62,171 bases of DNA from a virus (taxonomy: Duplodnaviria; Caudoviricetes): positions 1 through 62,171 of the IMG/VR virus record IMGVR_UViG_3300044613_000656. One strand, given 5' to 3'. The notes under the pieces are model-generated. The model made no database searches and had not been told where the DNA came from. It saw only the letters and a list, made by a program, of their open reading frames with translations. Each line of letters begins with the position of its first letter. Positions within the stretch are counted from its first letter, which is position 1. Positions 44,558-53,914 of the stretch are shown in pieces. The translations under genes and the position numbers were made by a program.

Positions 44558-45421
44558 TTAGTCGTCCCACTCGTCCACAAGAGCCGCCGCATCTTTGGCG
44601 GGAACTTCTTCTTGCTTCTTAGTAGGTCGTTTAGTTGGTTCCTCGACTGCTTCAGCGGGTTCAGCCTTAGCAACGGGGCGAGATACAGACAAACGCTTCT
44701 CCACTACGCCATCGGTTTGCGCGACGTTCATAGTGATTGCGTTTTTAGCCTCTTGAGTTTGTGCTTTCAAAGAGCAAATGTTGTGCTCGTTCTCTTCCAA
44801 CGGACGCACAGGTGAGAATGTAAGTTTGGGTGTAGCGCTGTCAGTATCAAAACGCATCTCCGTAACTACATCTTCTACGTTGACGCCATGTGCCGCCAAG
44901 TATTTAACGTAGGCTTCCAAAGGCATCTTGCTATTTTCAACCTTGCCAAAGATTGATTTAGACGGAAGCACCAACTGAAACACATCACCATTCATATCGT
45001 TAGCCAAAACTACAGCAAGACGGCGAGAGAAACGGCAAGCACGGGAATCGCCTTGACCGGAACCAGCCACGTTTTGTGGGCAGTTGGCACAGGTTTGGCA
45101 CTGTGGTTCTTTGATGCTTGCATCAGGACGCACCCCATCAGCAGACCAACAAGCCGGGGGTACTTGCTCTCCCTCCTCATACTGCCCTGCGTAGAAGGTA
45201 CGACTAACGTGTTCAGCCGCAGTCACGATAACAACTTGCATGGTGCGCTCGTCAGACTTCGCAGTTTCTTGACCACCAACCATCATGCGGAATACACCGC
45301 CACGAATGGAGATACGCTTGTTTTGAGACGTACCCATAAGCGCACGGGTGGTAGCCGAGAGGCTACGGTTCTTCAGGTAATCAGGCAAATTGCCTTTAAA
45401 AAGCGTCATTTCTCCGCTCAT
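44558..45421 (-). CDS. Probable single-stranded DNA-binding protein
   Basis: RISIRGG.F, PACWS.DG..P, CQTCANCPQN, RACR; acidic/aromatic tail VDEWDD. Confidence 0.65.
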   Translation of the reverse strand: MSGEMTLFKGNLPDYLKNRSLSATTRALMGTSQNKRISIRGGVFRMMVGGQETAKSDERTMQVVIVTAAEHVSRTFYAGQYEEGEQVPPACWSADGVRPDASIKEPQCQTCANCPQNVAGSGQGDSRACRFSRRLAVVLANDMNGDVFQLVLPSKSIFGKVENSKMPLEAYVKYLAAHGVNVEDVVTEMRFDTDSATPKLTFSPVRPLEENEHNICSLKAQTQEAKNAITMNVAQTDGVVEKRLSVSRPVAKAEPAEAVEEPTKRPTKKQEEVPAKDAAALVDEWDD

Positions 45422-45813
45422 TTGCTTCTCCTTACAGTTGCAGAATAACGGGACTCGTTATTGAGTCCTTCGGGCAAGAGACCGGGATTGTCTTGAATCC
45501 AAGTCTTCATGTTGGTTTGATGGATACGCCGCTCAAGAAGGTCAGGCACTTGATGGTCACGAACAAAGCGGTGCATGGACTCCCAATCGTTAGTCCAATA
45601 CCGGGTTTTGACCGACTTGATGATCGTGCCAAACTGGGTCTTGATGCTGTCTGCACCTGTGGCCTTGCAGACTTCTAGCATGGCTTTCTCTACGACTTCC
45701 ATCTTGCCTTTGAGTTCGGCCTCTTGGGTCTCAAACTCATGGCGCATCTCTTCTAGTTTGTCCCTCATCTTGAGGTAGACCTTGGCAAGTTTATCGGCTC
45801 CAATGTTATCCAT
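45418..45813 (-). CDS. Replication-region coiled-coil protein
   Basis: GGAG SD before 45813; SIKTQFGT, DWES, LLERRI. Confidence 0.75.
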   Translation of the reverse strand: MDNIGADKLAKVYLKMRDKLEEMRHEFETQEAELKGKMEVVEKAMLEVCKATGADSIKTQFGTIIKSVKTRYWTNDWESMHRFVRDHQVPDLLERRIHQTNMKTWIQDNPGLLPEGLNNESRYSATVRRSK

Positions 45814-47398
45814 GATTTTCTCCATTCTCGTTACTGTTGTTTACTTTGTCAACAACATTATGGAAAAGTTCCACGACTTTTGAATGGACATCTTCTTTTC
45901 TTCTAAGCGCCCCGTAGACCTGTGCTTCTACGCCTGATCCTTGCAGATGGACAACGGTTGTTTTGTTGATCTGTCCCTGCCTGTGTACCCGTGCATTGGC
46001 TTGTAGATAGGTTTCTAGGCTCATGGTGGGGCCGAACCAAATGACGGTATCTGCGGCAGTCAGGGTCACTCCGTGAGCCACTGCTTGGGGCTGTATGACC
46101 AGCACGCGGGGGTCTGTCTCCTGTTGAAATCTCCTGAAAATATCTGCTCGTTTAGTCGCACTTACGCTTCCTGAGATGACCTCGTTTGTTATGCCTTCTT
46201 TAGTTAAGGTTTCCGATACCACCTCGATGGCGTGCCGAAATGGCACAAAAATCAAAACTTTATTAGTAGTTTCCCTAATAACTTCCAACATGACGTTTAG
46301 TCGGTTTCTGCCGTCAAAGGCAACGGCCTCGCCACTATCGGAATAGACAACGCCGCATGACAACTGAAGGAGTTTGTTCATAACGGTGGCAGCGTTGACC
46401 GCCGTGATTTGTTCATCAGCCGTCCGAACCAACATCTCGGTCTTTATCTTTTTGTAGTAGTGCGACTGTTGAGCGGTCAGGGGAACTATACGGGTGGTAT
46501 AGGTCATCTCAGGCAAGTCTAGGCATTGGTCTTTAGTAAACCGTATGGCGGGTTGCAGTGCAGCATGAACTAACGCCACGGCATCCCTTCTAGGAATCCA
46601 AGTAAATTGTGTGATCTTTACCATCACTTGGTCTTTCCAAGCCCCTCTAAACTTGGGAACACGCTCGGGGCAGATCAACTTAGCCAAGCCAAAAGCATCC
46701 TCCGGGGACTGTGCCGCCGGGGTTCCGGTCAGCATCCAAAGCCAAGTCTTGGGCATCACCAAGTTCCATAGGCTCTTCCATCTGCGGGTTGTGTTGTTCT
46801 TATAGGCATTTGCCTCGTCCACAATAATCAGGTCAAAGTCAGCCTCTTGAAGTTCTTTTTGGACGATCTCCACCCCGTCATAGTTGATGATTACGAACTC
46901 TGCGTTGCCGTTAATAACCTTCCTTCTTTTCTTGGGTTGCCCGTAGGCAATATCCACGGTGCGGTGCATGGCAAAGGTAAACAAGTCAGAACGCCACGCC
47001 GAGTCCATGATGGAAAGGGGACAGATAATTAGGACACGTTTGATCACGCCTATCGTCATTAGATAGTCAGCCGCCCAAATACAGGAGGCGGTCTTACCCG
47101 TGCCCTGCTCGTTGAAACAAAATGCCTTTTTATTTAGGGTCAGAAACGAAGAGGTCTTGATCTGATGGGCCATCGGTCTGTGGAACCCGGGCCAGTTGTA
47201 GTCCCTACGGATAGGGCTAGGTACGTTCTTTATGCGTAATTGGTTAAGTTGTTGGGACTCTTCTAACCCCCACTTGACTAGCACCTGACTGACTTCTCCA
47301 TCCTGAGAAAGCAGTTTGCTTTTGGGTATGGTGGCTAAAACGGGGTCAGGATTCTTGAGCCTTAACACTAAGGCTCGATTGTTTTGAACAAGTTGCAT
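45806..47398 (-). CDS. SNF2-family (SF2) helicase
   Basis: EQGTGKT, IIVDEA, LTGTP, HGVTLT, QANARVHRQGQ. Confidence 0.92.
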   Translation of the reverse strand: MQLVQNNRALVLRLKNPDPVLATIPKSKLLSQDGEVSQVLVKWGLEESQQLNQLRIKNVPSPIRRDYNWPGFHRPMAHQIKTSSFLTLNKKAFCFNEQGTGKTASCIWAADYLMTIGVIKRVLIICPLSIMDSAWRSDLFTFAMHRTVDIAYGQPKKRRKVINGNAEFVIINYDGVEIVQKELQEADFDLIIVDEANAYKNNTTRRWKSLWNLVMPKTWLWMLTGTPAAQSPEDAFGLAKLICPERVPKFRGAWKDQVMVKITQFTWIPRRDAVALVHAALQPAIRFTKDQCLDLPEMTYTTRIVPLTAQQSHYYKKIKTEMLVRTADEQITAVNAATVMNKLLQLSCGVVYSDSGEAVAFDGRNRLNVMLEVIRETTNKVLIFVPFRHAIEVVSETLTKEGITNEVISGSVSATKRADIFRRFQQETDPRVLVIQPQAVAHGVTLTAADTVIWFGPTMSLETYLQANARVHRQGQINKTTVVHLQGSGVEAQVYGALRRKEDVHSKVVELFHNVVDKVNNSNENGENHG

Positions 47399-47437
47399 AG
47401 GCTCTCAGCATGGGCTACCCGCCCAAGAGGGGTTGAT

Positions 47438-47752
47438 TTAGCGGGACTTGCGTTCTTTCGTACTTATTTCAGACACCAACTTATGGTTAGAGTTCCGTTT
47501 AAAAGACCTGTTTGTACTAGGGGAAACCACTACTGTGCCGTCTTTATTAGAGCCACCCTTGGACAACGCTTTTTTATGGTGGACATCTTTACCTTCCCGG
47601 GCATCAGCCTTGCCGTTGCCATTGGCATCTTTGCCTTTTTTATCTAGGGCACGGCGGGCACGCTGACGCTCCATGCGTTTCTCATGCTCACCTCGGGCAA
47701 CTTGCTGTTCGTATTCTTTCTTATAGGGTCTGGCTTTATTCACATAAGGCAT
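47438..47752 (-). CDS. Small HNH-like endonuclease
   Basis: GKDVHHKKALSKGGSN...NRSF. Confidence 0.7.
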   Translation of the reverse strand: MPYVNKARPYKKEYEQQVARGEHEKRMERQRARRALDKKGKDANGNGKADAREGKDVHHKKALSKGGSNKDGTVVVSPSTNRSFKRNSNHKLVSEISTKERKSR

Positions 47753-47754
47753 GG

Positions 47755-47979
47755 CTAGTCCTCGTAAATTCTATGGGGTCTTGTCCCCAAACTAAATGTC
47801 CTAATAATAGGTACGGTTGGGTTTGCTTTGTAAAACTCGTCTACCGCCATCGATGCTTTTGGTACGAAGTAGGTAAACATCGTTACCTTTTTATCCTTTT
47901 TCATGGGCGGTGTAAACACCACCACCGTGTGTAAATAAACCTCACGATACTTGTCCCCGTTAGCATCGACTTTATACAT
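47755..47979 (-). CDS. Hypothetical protein
   Basis: Fills gap between coupled genes. Confidence 0.55.
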   Translation of the reverse strand: MYKVDANGDKYREVYLHTVVVFTPPMKKDKKVTMFTYFVPKASMAVDEFYKANPTVPIIRTFSLGTRPHRIYED

Positions 47980-48643
47980 TTCGCCCGTTATGTACGCAGT
48001 TTAAAACAGGGCAGTAACTACGGCAAGAGAAGTTAGGCCGTGGATTCCACACATTTTCCTGATACGTCTTGACCAACCAAGAATAGTTTGCCGTGCAGTC
48101 CCGCATTATACCTAGTACATCGTCCCTAGTATAACTTCTTTTTATAAGGTCGTGACATACTAAAAATAATAATCCACCCTTTATTTCATTGACTTGCGGG
48201 AAGTGGGCAAATGTACACAACGCCATTAAATCTAACTGTTTTGTATCGGCATATTTAGCCGACTTCCCGGTTTTATAATCAACAATCCTTGCCTTGTCCC
48301 CATCAACAATAATCAAGTCAGCCACCCCACGGAGCCAAACATTGTCCGAAAAGAACCCTGTCGGCTCACCGCGCTCAGTTATACCCATCTTGTGCTCGCA
48401 GTATTTCTCCCCGGGCACACTTGATAACTTATCTATAACCGGAGCAAACTGTTCAAACTCTGGCGGGATGGGGACACCATCTCTTACATATTTTTCTGCG
48501 GCCTCATGGACTCGTTTGCCGTAGAGTAATACCTCAGTTTCTGGCTCAACAATATCCTTGGCTACTCGGAGATGGTAATACTTCTTAGGGCACTGTTGAA
48601 AAAGGGTGATGCTGCTGTAAGACCAAGATATAGGTTTGCTCAT
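47972..48643 (-). CDS. PD-(D/E)xK exonuclease (Cas4/RecB-like)
   Basis: WSYS...CPKKY, G..VH, GVADL, IVDYKTGK, C-terminal C..C....C. Confidence 0.88.
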   Translation of the reverse strand: MSKPISWSYSSITLFQQCPKKYYHLRVAKDIVEPETEVLLYGKRVHEAAEKYVRDGVPIPPEFEQFAPVIDKLSSVPGEKYCEHKMGITERGEPTGFFSDNVWLRGVADLIIVDGDKARIVDYKTGKSAKYADTKQLDLMALCTFAHFPQVNEIKGGLLFLVCHDLIKRSYTRDDVLGIMRDCTANYSWLVKTYQENVWNPRPNFSCRSYCPVLNCVHNGRNV

Positions 48644-48819
48644 TCTCGTATGTGGCTTTTGACCGCTGTTCTGTAGAGCCTCAATTCTACAATCACTGCG
48701 TCAATAGTGGAAGCAGCAGCCACAAACTCACCGTTTAGTAACAACTCATGGACTTCTTTTAGAAGTTTCTTGGCCTGTAACTCATGTGTTGCGTAATCTA
48801 ATTTTTCATCGACTTTCAT
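48640..48819 (-). CDS. Small helical protein
   Basis: TAATG coupling to polA; GGAG SD. Confidence 0.65.
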   Translation of the reverse strand: MKVDEKLDYATHELQAKKLLKEVHELLLNGEFVAAASTIDAVIVELRLYRTAVKSHIRE

Positions 48820-50657
48820 TAACAATCTCCATAACTTTTGCCTGATCCAATTTCACAGCCAACTGGCAATCCTTGCGCCCAGTCTGGCACTCTAGTCATG
48901 CACCACTTGATATAAGTCTCAGCAACCTCAACTTGGGCATCGGGTACAACACACATTATTGCGTCATGCACGGTCAAGACTACCCTAAACTTCTTGGCTA
49001 TGAGTAGCATTTGCTCACCAATGATGCACCGCGCAAGAGCCTGTACCACGTTCTCCACGACCTTACCGCCATAGATGTAGATACCCTTTTCTCTGCGGGA
49101 ATCATAGGTGTAGACTTTACGACTACCCCCGTTGGGTAAGCCTTCGGTACGCACGGATAAGTTGTTATAGAGCAATTTTAAGTTGTTGGGTAGCGTGAAA
49201 CCATTCTTAATAACCTTGACGACTCCAGCACGACCAAAGTTTGTTCCGCTCGTAGACATCATAGAAGACAGGGCATCGCCACCTTGATTCCAAAGGGTGG
49301 CAATATTTGGGTAGGTAGATCTATAAATAGTGATGATCCTCTCGGCTTCCCCTTCAGGAATGTCTACGCCCTGTAGACGTAGCATCAGGTGAAACTTCTT
49401 AGCACCCATACCGTAGCCCGCGCCAAGAATCACGGTCTTGCCAAAGAACCGCTCTTCCTTAGTAACTTCTTCTACTGGTTTGTCGTATATCTTGCCAGCC
49501 ATTATTTTGTAAACGTCCTCACCGCGAGAGAAGGCATCAACTAAATCTTCCTGCTGGGCCAGCCAAGCCAGAGTTCTTGCCTCAATCTGTGAGGAGTCAG
49601 AGTCAATTAAGGTAAAGCCGGGGGGCGGAACGATTGCCTTCTTAATTAAAGATTTGCCATCACGGGCCGGTAAATTTTGCAGGTTGACCTTATCCGAGCC
49701 ACCCCACCGGCCTGTATGCGCGGCGTAATACTTCAAGGGCACAGGCAAAGTGCCACGCTTGCCGATGTCAATAAACCGTTGCGTCCGGGTCTCCTCAAGA
49801 GTTGTCTTAACACCTAGGCGGGCGGCGACCAAACTTTGCACCTCCTCTCTAGGATGTTCTAGCAAGAGTTTAAAATCCTCATCCGTCTTGGAGAACGCCC
49901 AAGTCATTTTGCCTGTACGGGGAGACTTCTTTCTTGGAGGCTCAACGCCGAGGGACATCAATGCCGTTGCAAACTTCTCATTAGACATGATGATCTCTTT
50001 GTCGGACTCTGCATCCTTTAGTAGCAGTTCTTTCCTAGCCACCACTTCTTGCAGATGTTTCTCCAGAACCGGCACATCAATTCTTAGCACTGGCTCTGAA
50101 AACATCTTAACCGTCAAGTCAATAAGTTTGAGTTCGTTTTTGGGAAAGCCATCGTTTTTAAAGAGACTAAACAGTTTGTAGGTAAGAGCCACATCGTTTT
50201 TGCAATACTCACCGTACTTAGCCAAGTCCTCTTTGCTAAATAACGCACGGCGTTTACCCAAGGCATTGACAACCTCTGTGCCTTTTTCTCCTAACTCATA
50301 CCTCTCGGCAAGTGCTTTTAGTGAGCCACCCGCATCTATCCCATCAATGGGTCGCGCCATGCTGAGAGTATCTAGCCAGCCTTTGGGTGTGATGTTAAAG
50401 ATCCAATTAAGAATCGCCGCATCAAACTGAGCATTGTGTGCCAACGCCAAGGAGTTCTGCCAATTAAACTGCAAAAGAAACTGTTGTATCTCAGAGTGTG
50501 ATCCACTAAACCACTCTGGCTGCTCGTCATTAACTTGCACGGCTACACCTATCACCTCAAACATCGGATGACGGATGTATTCCTCAGTGGTGTATTTGTT
50601 TAGACCAAAATCTTTATCGTAATAGGTTTCAAAGTCTATCGTTAGAATGTGGCTCAT
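48819..50657 (-). CDS. polA: Family A DNA polymerase with 3'-5' exonuclease
   Basis: DFETY, HNAQFD, YCKND exo motifs; TGRW, NLQNLP, DSSQIEAR, KTVILGAGYG, TVHD. Confidence 0.95.
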   Translation of the reverse strand: MSHILTIDFETYYDKDFGLNKYTTEEYIRHPMFEVIGVAVQVNDEQPEWFSGSHSEIQQFLLQFNWQNSLALAHNAQFDAAILNWIFNITPKGWLDTLSMARPIDGIDAGGSLKALAERYELGEKGTEVVNALGKRRALFSKEDLAKYGEYCKNDVALTYKLFSLFKNDGFPKNELKLIDLTVKMFSEPVLRIDVPVLEKHLQEVVARKELLLKDAESDKEIIMSNEKFATALMSLGVEPPRKKSPRTGKMTWAFSKTDEDFKLLLEHPREEVQSLVAARLGVKTTLEETRTQRFIDIGKRGTLPVPLKYYAAHTGRWGGSDKVNLQNLPARDGKSLIKKAIVPPPGFTLIDSDSSQIEARTLAWLAQQEDLVDAFSRGEDVYKIMAGKIYDKPVEEVTKEERFFGKTVILGAGYGMGAKKFHLMLRLQGVDIPEGEAERIITIYRSTYPNIATLWNQGGDALSSMMSTSGTNFGRAGVVKVIKNGFTLPNNLKLLYNNLSVRTEGLPNGGSRKVYTYDSRREKGIYIYGGKVVENVVQALARCIIGEQMLLIAKKFRVVLTVHDAIMCVVPDAQVEVAETYIKWCMTRVPDWAQGLPVGCEIGSGKSYGDC

Positions 50658-51469
50658 CTAATGTTGCCACCTGACTTCAAGATGTCACCGTTGTAGACAT
50701 ACGTTCCAACGTGTTCTAGTTTGATGAATGGGTTGGCGTAGATCTTCCCGCCGTGCTTACGCCACAGATCACAGAAGTGATAGTCCTCAGATAGCAGGGC
50801 GCCTGTCTCATCAATACTTGTGGCAAAGAACTCACTGGTTAAGGGCTTTGTGTACTCTCCCGTTTCGGGATCTTTATTTGTTGATGTGCGGTAAGTGGGT
50901 ACGTGGGGGGCTAACTTCTCAAATACTTGACGCTTAATCATCATAAACCCTGTACCACCGTGGCGTACTTCTAGCACCCTGTCCGCATCGGTCTCTACTT
51001 TATCTAACCCATTGACCATGTTCATCACAAACGCACCGCCGTAGTTCTCAATATCTTCTTTGCCTTCTTTAGCGGCTTTCTTTACTTGCCTCCAATCAAT
51101 TTCTTTCTTGGGGTAAATGCCGCAGACAATGTCCCGGTCAGCCGCCATAAGTTGTGCTACTGCGTTGCCATCAAACGAAATGTCAGCGTCAATAAACATC
51201 AGGTAATCAAATCCTTTCTCCAAGAAAAGACGCACTAACTCGTTACGCCCACGGGTAATCAGACTCTCATTCGTAATCTGCGCCCAGTAGACGGGCACAC
51301 CGACTGACCTCATTTTATTAAGCGTACCCAACAATCCCGCTACGTAGTTACCAAAGCACTGCCCACCGTACATAGGGGTAGCAATCATAATGCTTGGTCG
51401 CTTGTTAGGGTCTGTAATTTCAATCTTCGTTGGTTCAGGGTTTATTGGTTTTTCGTCCCAAGTTGTCAT
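50654..51469 (-). CDS. GT-A fold glycosyltransferase-like protein
   Basis: IATPMYGG, ESLITRGRN, FIDADI (DxD), GTGFMMI, LSEDYHFC, HVG. Confidence 0.8.
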   Translation of the reverse strand: MTTWDEKPINPEPTKIEITDPNKRPSIMIATPMYGGQCFGNYVAGLLGTLNKMRSVGVPVYWAQITNESLITRGRNELVRLFLEKGFDYLMFIDADISFDGNAVAQLMAADRDIVCGIYPKKEIDWRQVKKAAKEGKEDIENYGGAFVMNMVNGLDKVETDADRVLEVRHGGTGFMMIKRQVFEKLAPHVPTYRTSTNKDPETGEYTKPLTSEFFATSIDETGALLSEDYHFCDLWRKHGGKIYANPFIKLEHVGTYVYNGDILKSGGNIR

Positions 51470-51471
51470 AG

Positions 51472-52092
51472 TTAGTCTTTCATTTTTTGAATGATTAGTT
51501 GATAGGCTTTGTGGATTATATGTAATTTTTCTTTGTAGATTTCTGTAAAGGCATCTATAGCAATCTTGGGTTTATGTGTGGGTGGCAGGGGTTCACCCCA
51601 TCCGTAGTCGTCAAATACTAGGACACCACCAACGGCTAGAAGTTCCCACGACATACAAGCATCGGTCAGCACATGGGGTGCTTGATGCGACCCATCTATG
51701 TAGATGAAGTCAAAAGGTTTGCGGGAGTCCGGTGTTAAGGTTAACAGTGCTGCCAGAGTGTTTACTGAGGTATCTCTAAAAGAAGTTACAGAAACTTTCT
51801 TTGTATTAGCCCTACTCCTAGCCAGCGTTATGTTTTTATGAAACCGATCCTCAACCGCCCCCATATCGTGACCTTGCGTGGCGTGTTCTTCGCCACCCTC
51901 CCATGTATCTACGCAGATCAACTCACCACCGTCATCGATGGCATTTTCAATAAGCCACACGGCGCTGCGGCCTTCAAAAGAACCTATCTCTAAAAATCTT
52001 TTACGTTGTGGTAACTGCGCTATTACTTGTGTCCAAATGGGGGGAGACCAAGAAAACCAGTCTGTTGTATATTCATACTCATCGTTGGTCAT
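51472..52092 (-). CDS. Class I SAM-dependent methyltransferase (Methyltransf_24-like)
   Basis: LEIGSFEGRS, CVDTW, FDFIYIDGSH, GGVLVFDDY. Confidence 0.88.
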   Translation of the reverse strand: MTNDEYEYTTDWFSWSPPIWTQVIAQLPQRKRFLEIGSFEGRSAVWLIENAIDDGGELICVDTWEGGEEHATQGHDMGAVEDRFHKNITLARSRANTKKVSVTSFRDTSVNTLAALLTLTPDSRKPFDFIYIDGSHQAPHVLTDACMSWELLAVGGVLVFDDYGWGEPLPPTHKPKIAIDAFTEIYKEKLHIIHKAYQLIIQKMKD

Positions 52093-52228
52093 AAAAATCC
52101 TTATTCTTTATTCCTAAGTCAAGGGACAGCCGCTCGTTCTCGTCTTTAACCCTGTGGTATGCCTGTCTCAACTGCTCAACTTCTTTCTTTAACCGCTCAA
52201 TCTCGGCCTTGTATTCTTCGGGGGTCAT
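52079..52228 (-). CDS. Small coiled-coil protein (49 aa), not in ORF track
   Basis: MTPEEYKAEIERLKKEVEQLRQAYHRVKDENERLSLDLG...; ATGA coupling to upstream gene. Confidence 0.6.
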   Translation of the reverse strand: MTPEEYKAEIERLKKEVEQLRQAYHRVKDENERLSLDLGIKNKDFYDQR

Positions 52229-52431
52229 TCTTTCACCCTATAAAACTTCTTGGTTCCGATGCGTACCAAGTCCGCAATACCGTTTTCAACAAACCTGTTT
52301 AGGGTTCGGGCTACCCTGTTCTCGCTTACGATCCATTCTTTTGCAATTGTTCTTGCCTGAACGGGGGTTTTCTTATGTGAGCACAAATAATCCCACACCC
52401 CCTGCTCAAAGTCAGTCATCTCAACTGCCAC
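52225..52431 (-). CDS. Small winged-helix-like protein
   Basis: TPVQARTIAKEWIVSENRVARTLNRFVENG. Confidence 0.6.
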   Translation of the reverse strand: MAVEMTDFEQGVWDYLCSHKKTPVQARTIAKEWIVSENRVARTLNRFVENGIADLVRIGTKKFYRVKE

Positions 52432-52666
52432 TATTCTTCTCCTTTAGTTTGGCTTGGATGGCTCGGATAAAGTCTGCAATCAACGGCACTTCCACATGGT
52501 CCAGCCGCCCATCAAAATAAAGCAAATCAGAAAATTCTTCTTCCGTCAGCCCAACCCATTCACGCTTTTGTAGCCGTTCAACCTCACACAACAGGCACTT
52601 GCCAACATAATCCTCGTAGCCCTTGTCATGATCTTTGTGGCATACCACAGTGATCTTATCCACCAT
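52421..52666 (-). CDS. Small mosaic protein (REWVGLT module)
   Basis: KREWVGLTEEE...AIQAKLKEKN. Confidence 0.7.
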   Translation of the reverse strand: MVDKITVVCHKDHDKGYEDYVGKCLLCEVERLQKREWVGLTEEEFSDLLYFDGRLDHVEVPLIADFIRAIQAKLKEKNSGS

Positions 52667-53066
52667 TTCTCTCCCTCAATACGTCTTCGGCAAAAAGCAT
52701 TCCGTTATAAAACTCTTCGGTAACCAAACCCAAGCCGGGTATCTCGCCATCCAGCCCAACCCATTCACGTTTTTGTGGTGCGGTGTAGAGTGGATCTTTG
52801 TATTCCTCGTTTTGAAATGAAGCAACGTGCCCGTGCTTGTTCATCCAAACCAAAGGCTCATGGTCACGTTTTGCCGTTTCATCGACACGTTCTTGAGATG
52901 TGTTTACGGCATCGACAGGTTGCGCTAGTGCTTGGCGTAGTGCTGGAATAGTGGCGTTCATTTTTTCTAACCATGCCATACAGTTCTCAATGTTCTCCAA
53001 GTCTGTACCATAGTTCCACTCCAAAGCCTCCAGCGCCATCTCTGCTGCTTTGCGTAGGTCAGTCAT
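52656..53066 (-). CDS. Small mosaic protein
   Basis: Likely start 53066; ALEALE, LRQALAQP, PLYTAP, KREWVGL modules. Confidence 0.7.
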   Translation of the reverse strand: MTDLRKAAEMALEALEWNYGTDLENIENCMAWLEKMNATIPALRQALAQPVDAVNTSQERVDETAKRDHEPLVWMNKHGHVASFQNEEYKDPLYTAPQKREWVGLDGEIPGLGLVTEEFYNGMLFAEDVLRERNGG

Positions 53067-53310
53067 GCTTACCCCTTGCTCGGATTGCTTCAGCACAGGC
53101 GTTTGCGTAGCACCCCTCAAACTTATCTTTTTCTGCTTGCGCATCACAAATCTTCGCACACTCTTCACGCTCATCAGCCCGGACTAACTTATCAAACTTC
53201 TCAACGTCCAGCCCATCGACAAGGTTCATGCACTCGTTGTACATCTTTATGTGCTTCATCTTTGCCTTCATGTATTCCTTAATTCGTTTCTCGTCGTCTA
53301 GGTCTCTCAT
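53059..53310 (-). CDS. Small mosaic protein
   Basis: DEREECAKICD...CAEAIRARG module. Confidence 0.7.
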   Translation of the reverse strand: MRDLDDEKRIKEYMKAKMKHIKMYNECMNLVDGLDVEKFDKLVRADEREECAKICDAQAEKDKFEGCYANACAEAIRARGKHD

Positions 53311-53633
53311 AGTCTAGTACCCCCACGATTAGCACAAGGCCATACTTGGGCTAACGCATTTACCACAAGAGAATCGGCAGAGTAATGTCGTCTCTCAGGA
53401 TTAATCTCTAGGTACTGCTTGACCACATCCCGGGCTTGCCCTGCTGTTACATTTTGTGGGGCGCATACTTTTACTCTTGCATATACATCAGCCACTCCCT
53501 GTACATAACCAAGGGCAACCATCCTTGGAACGGTTTCTGAGTCATTCATCCTCGACAACAGACCATTGCCGTCTAAAAACTCAGCACTCGCCATACATGG
53601 TACGAACAGCAAACCCACGATTAATTTTTTCAT
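53307..53633 (-). CDS. Secreted Rap1a-like immunity protein
   Basis: Signal peptide; GNGLL, GYVQGVAD, CAP..VT.GQ..DVV..YL...PE.RH, AL...WPC. Confidence 0.8.
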   Translation of the reverse strand: MKKLIVGLLFVPCMASAEFLDGNGLLSRMNDSETVPRMVALGYVQGVADVYARVKVCAPQNVTAGQARDVVKQYLEINPERRHYSADSLVVNALAQVWPCANRGGTRL

Positions 53634-53914
53634 AGCAAAGCATCTCCTAGTTCACTTAACATCTTCTGTCTTTCTTCTTTGTCGGTTGTGTTCTTCATTC
53701 GATTGAAATACTTTGCTACAAGTTGTCTTTCCTGTGGTGTTTTGAAGGGCCACTCCCACCGTTCCCACGTTAGCCCTGATGGGTGGCGGGATGTACGGGA
53801 TGTACGGGTTTGAATTGATGACACCGGATTCGATAACTTCGTCTCGCCCTGTGATGGCAAGTTTAGTTGCCCAGTGCTTAAATTCTTCTCGGTTGTGTGC
53901 ATATTTTTTAGCAT
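53630..53914 (-). CDS. Hypothetical protein overlapping 53652..54098; start uncertain
   Basis: C-terminal HPSGLTWERWEWPFKTPQER...LGDALL; ATGA-coupled to Rap1a gene. Confidence 0.5.
   Translation of the reverse strand: MLKNMHTTEKNLSTGQLNLPSQGETKLSNPVSSIQTRTSRTSRHPSGLTWERWEWPFKTPQERQLVAKYFNRMKNTTDKEERQKMLSELGDALL

Noticed and set aside
47972-48643. Cas4 as part of a CRISPR system
   Set aside because: Stand-alone phage PD-(D/E)xK nuclease in the replication module; no array or other cas genes
2773-50657. Introns or inteins in terL, capsid, helicases or polA
   Set aside because: ORFs are uninterrupted, of ordinary length, and show no intein splice motifs
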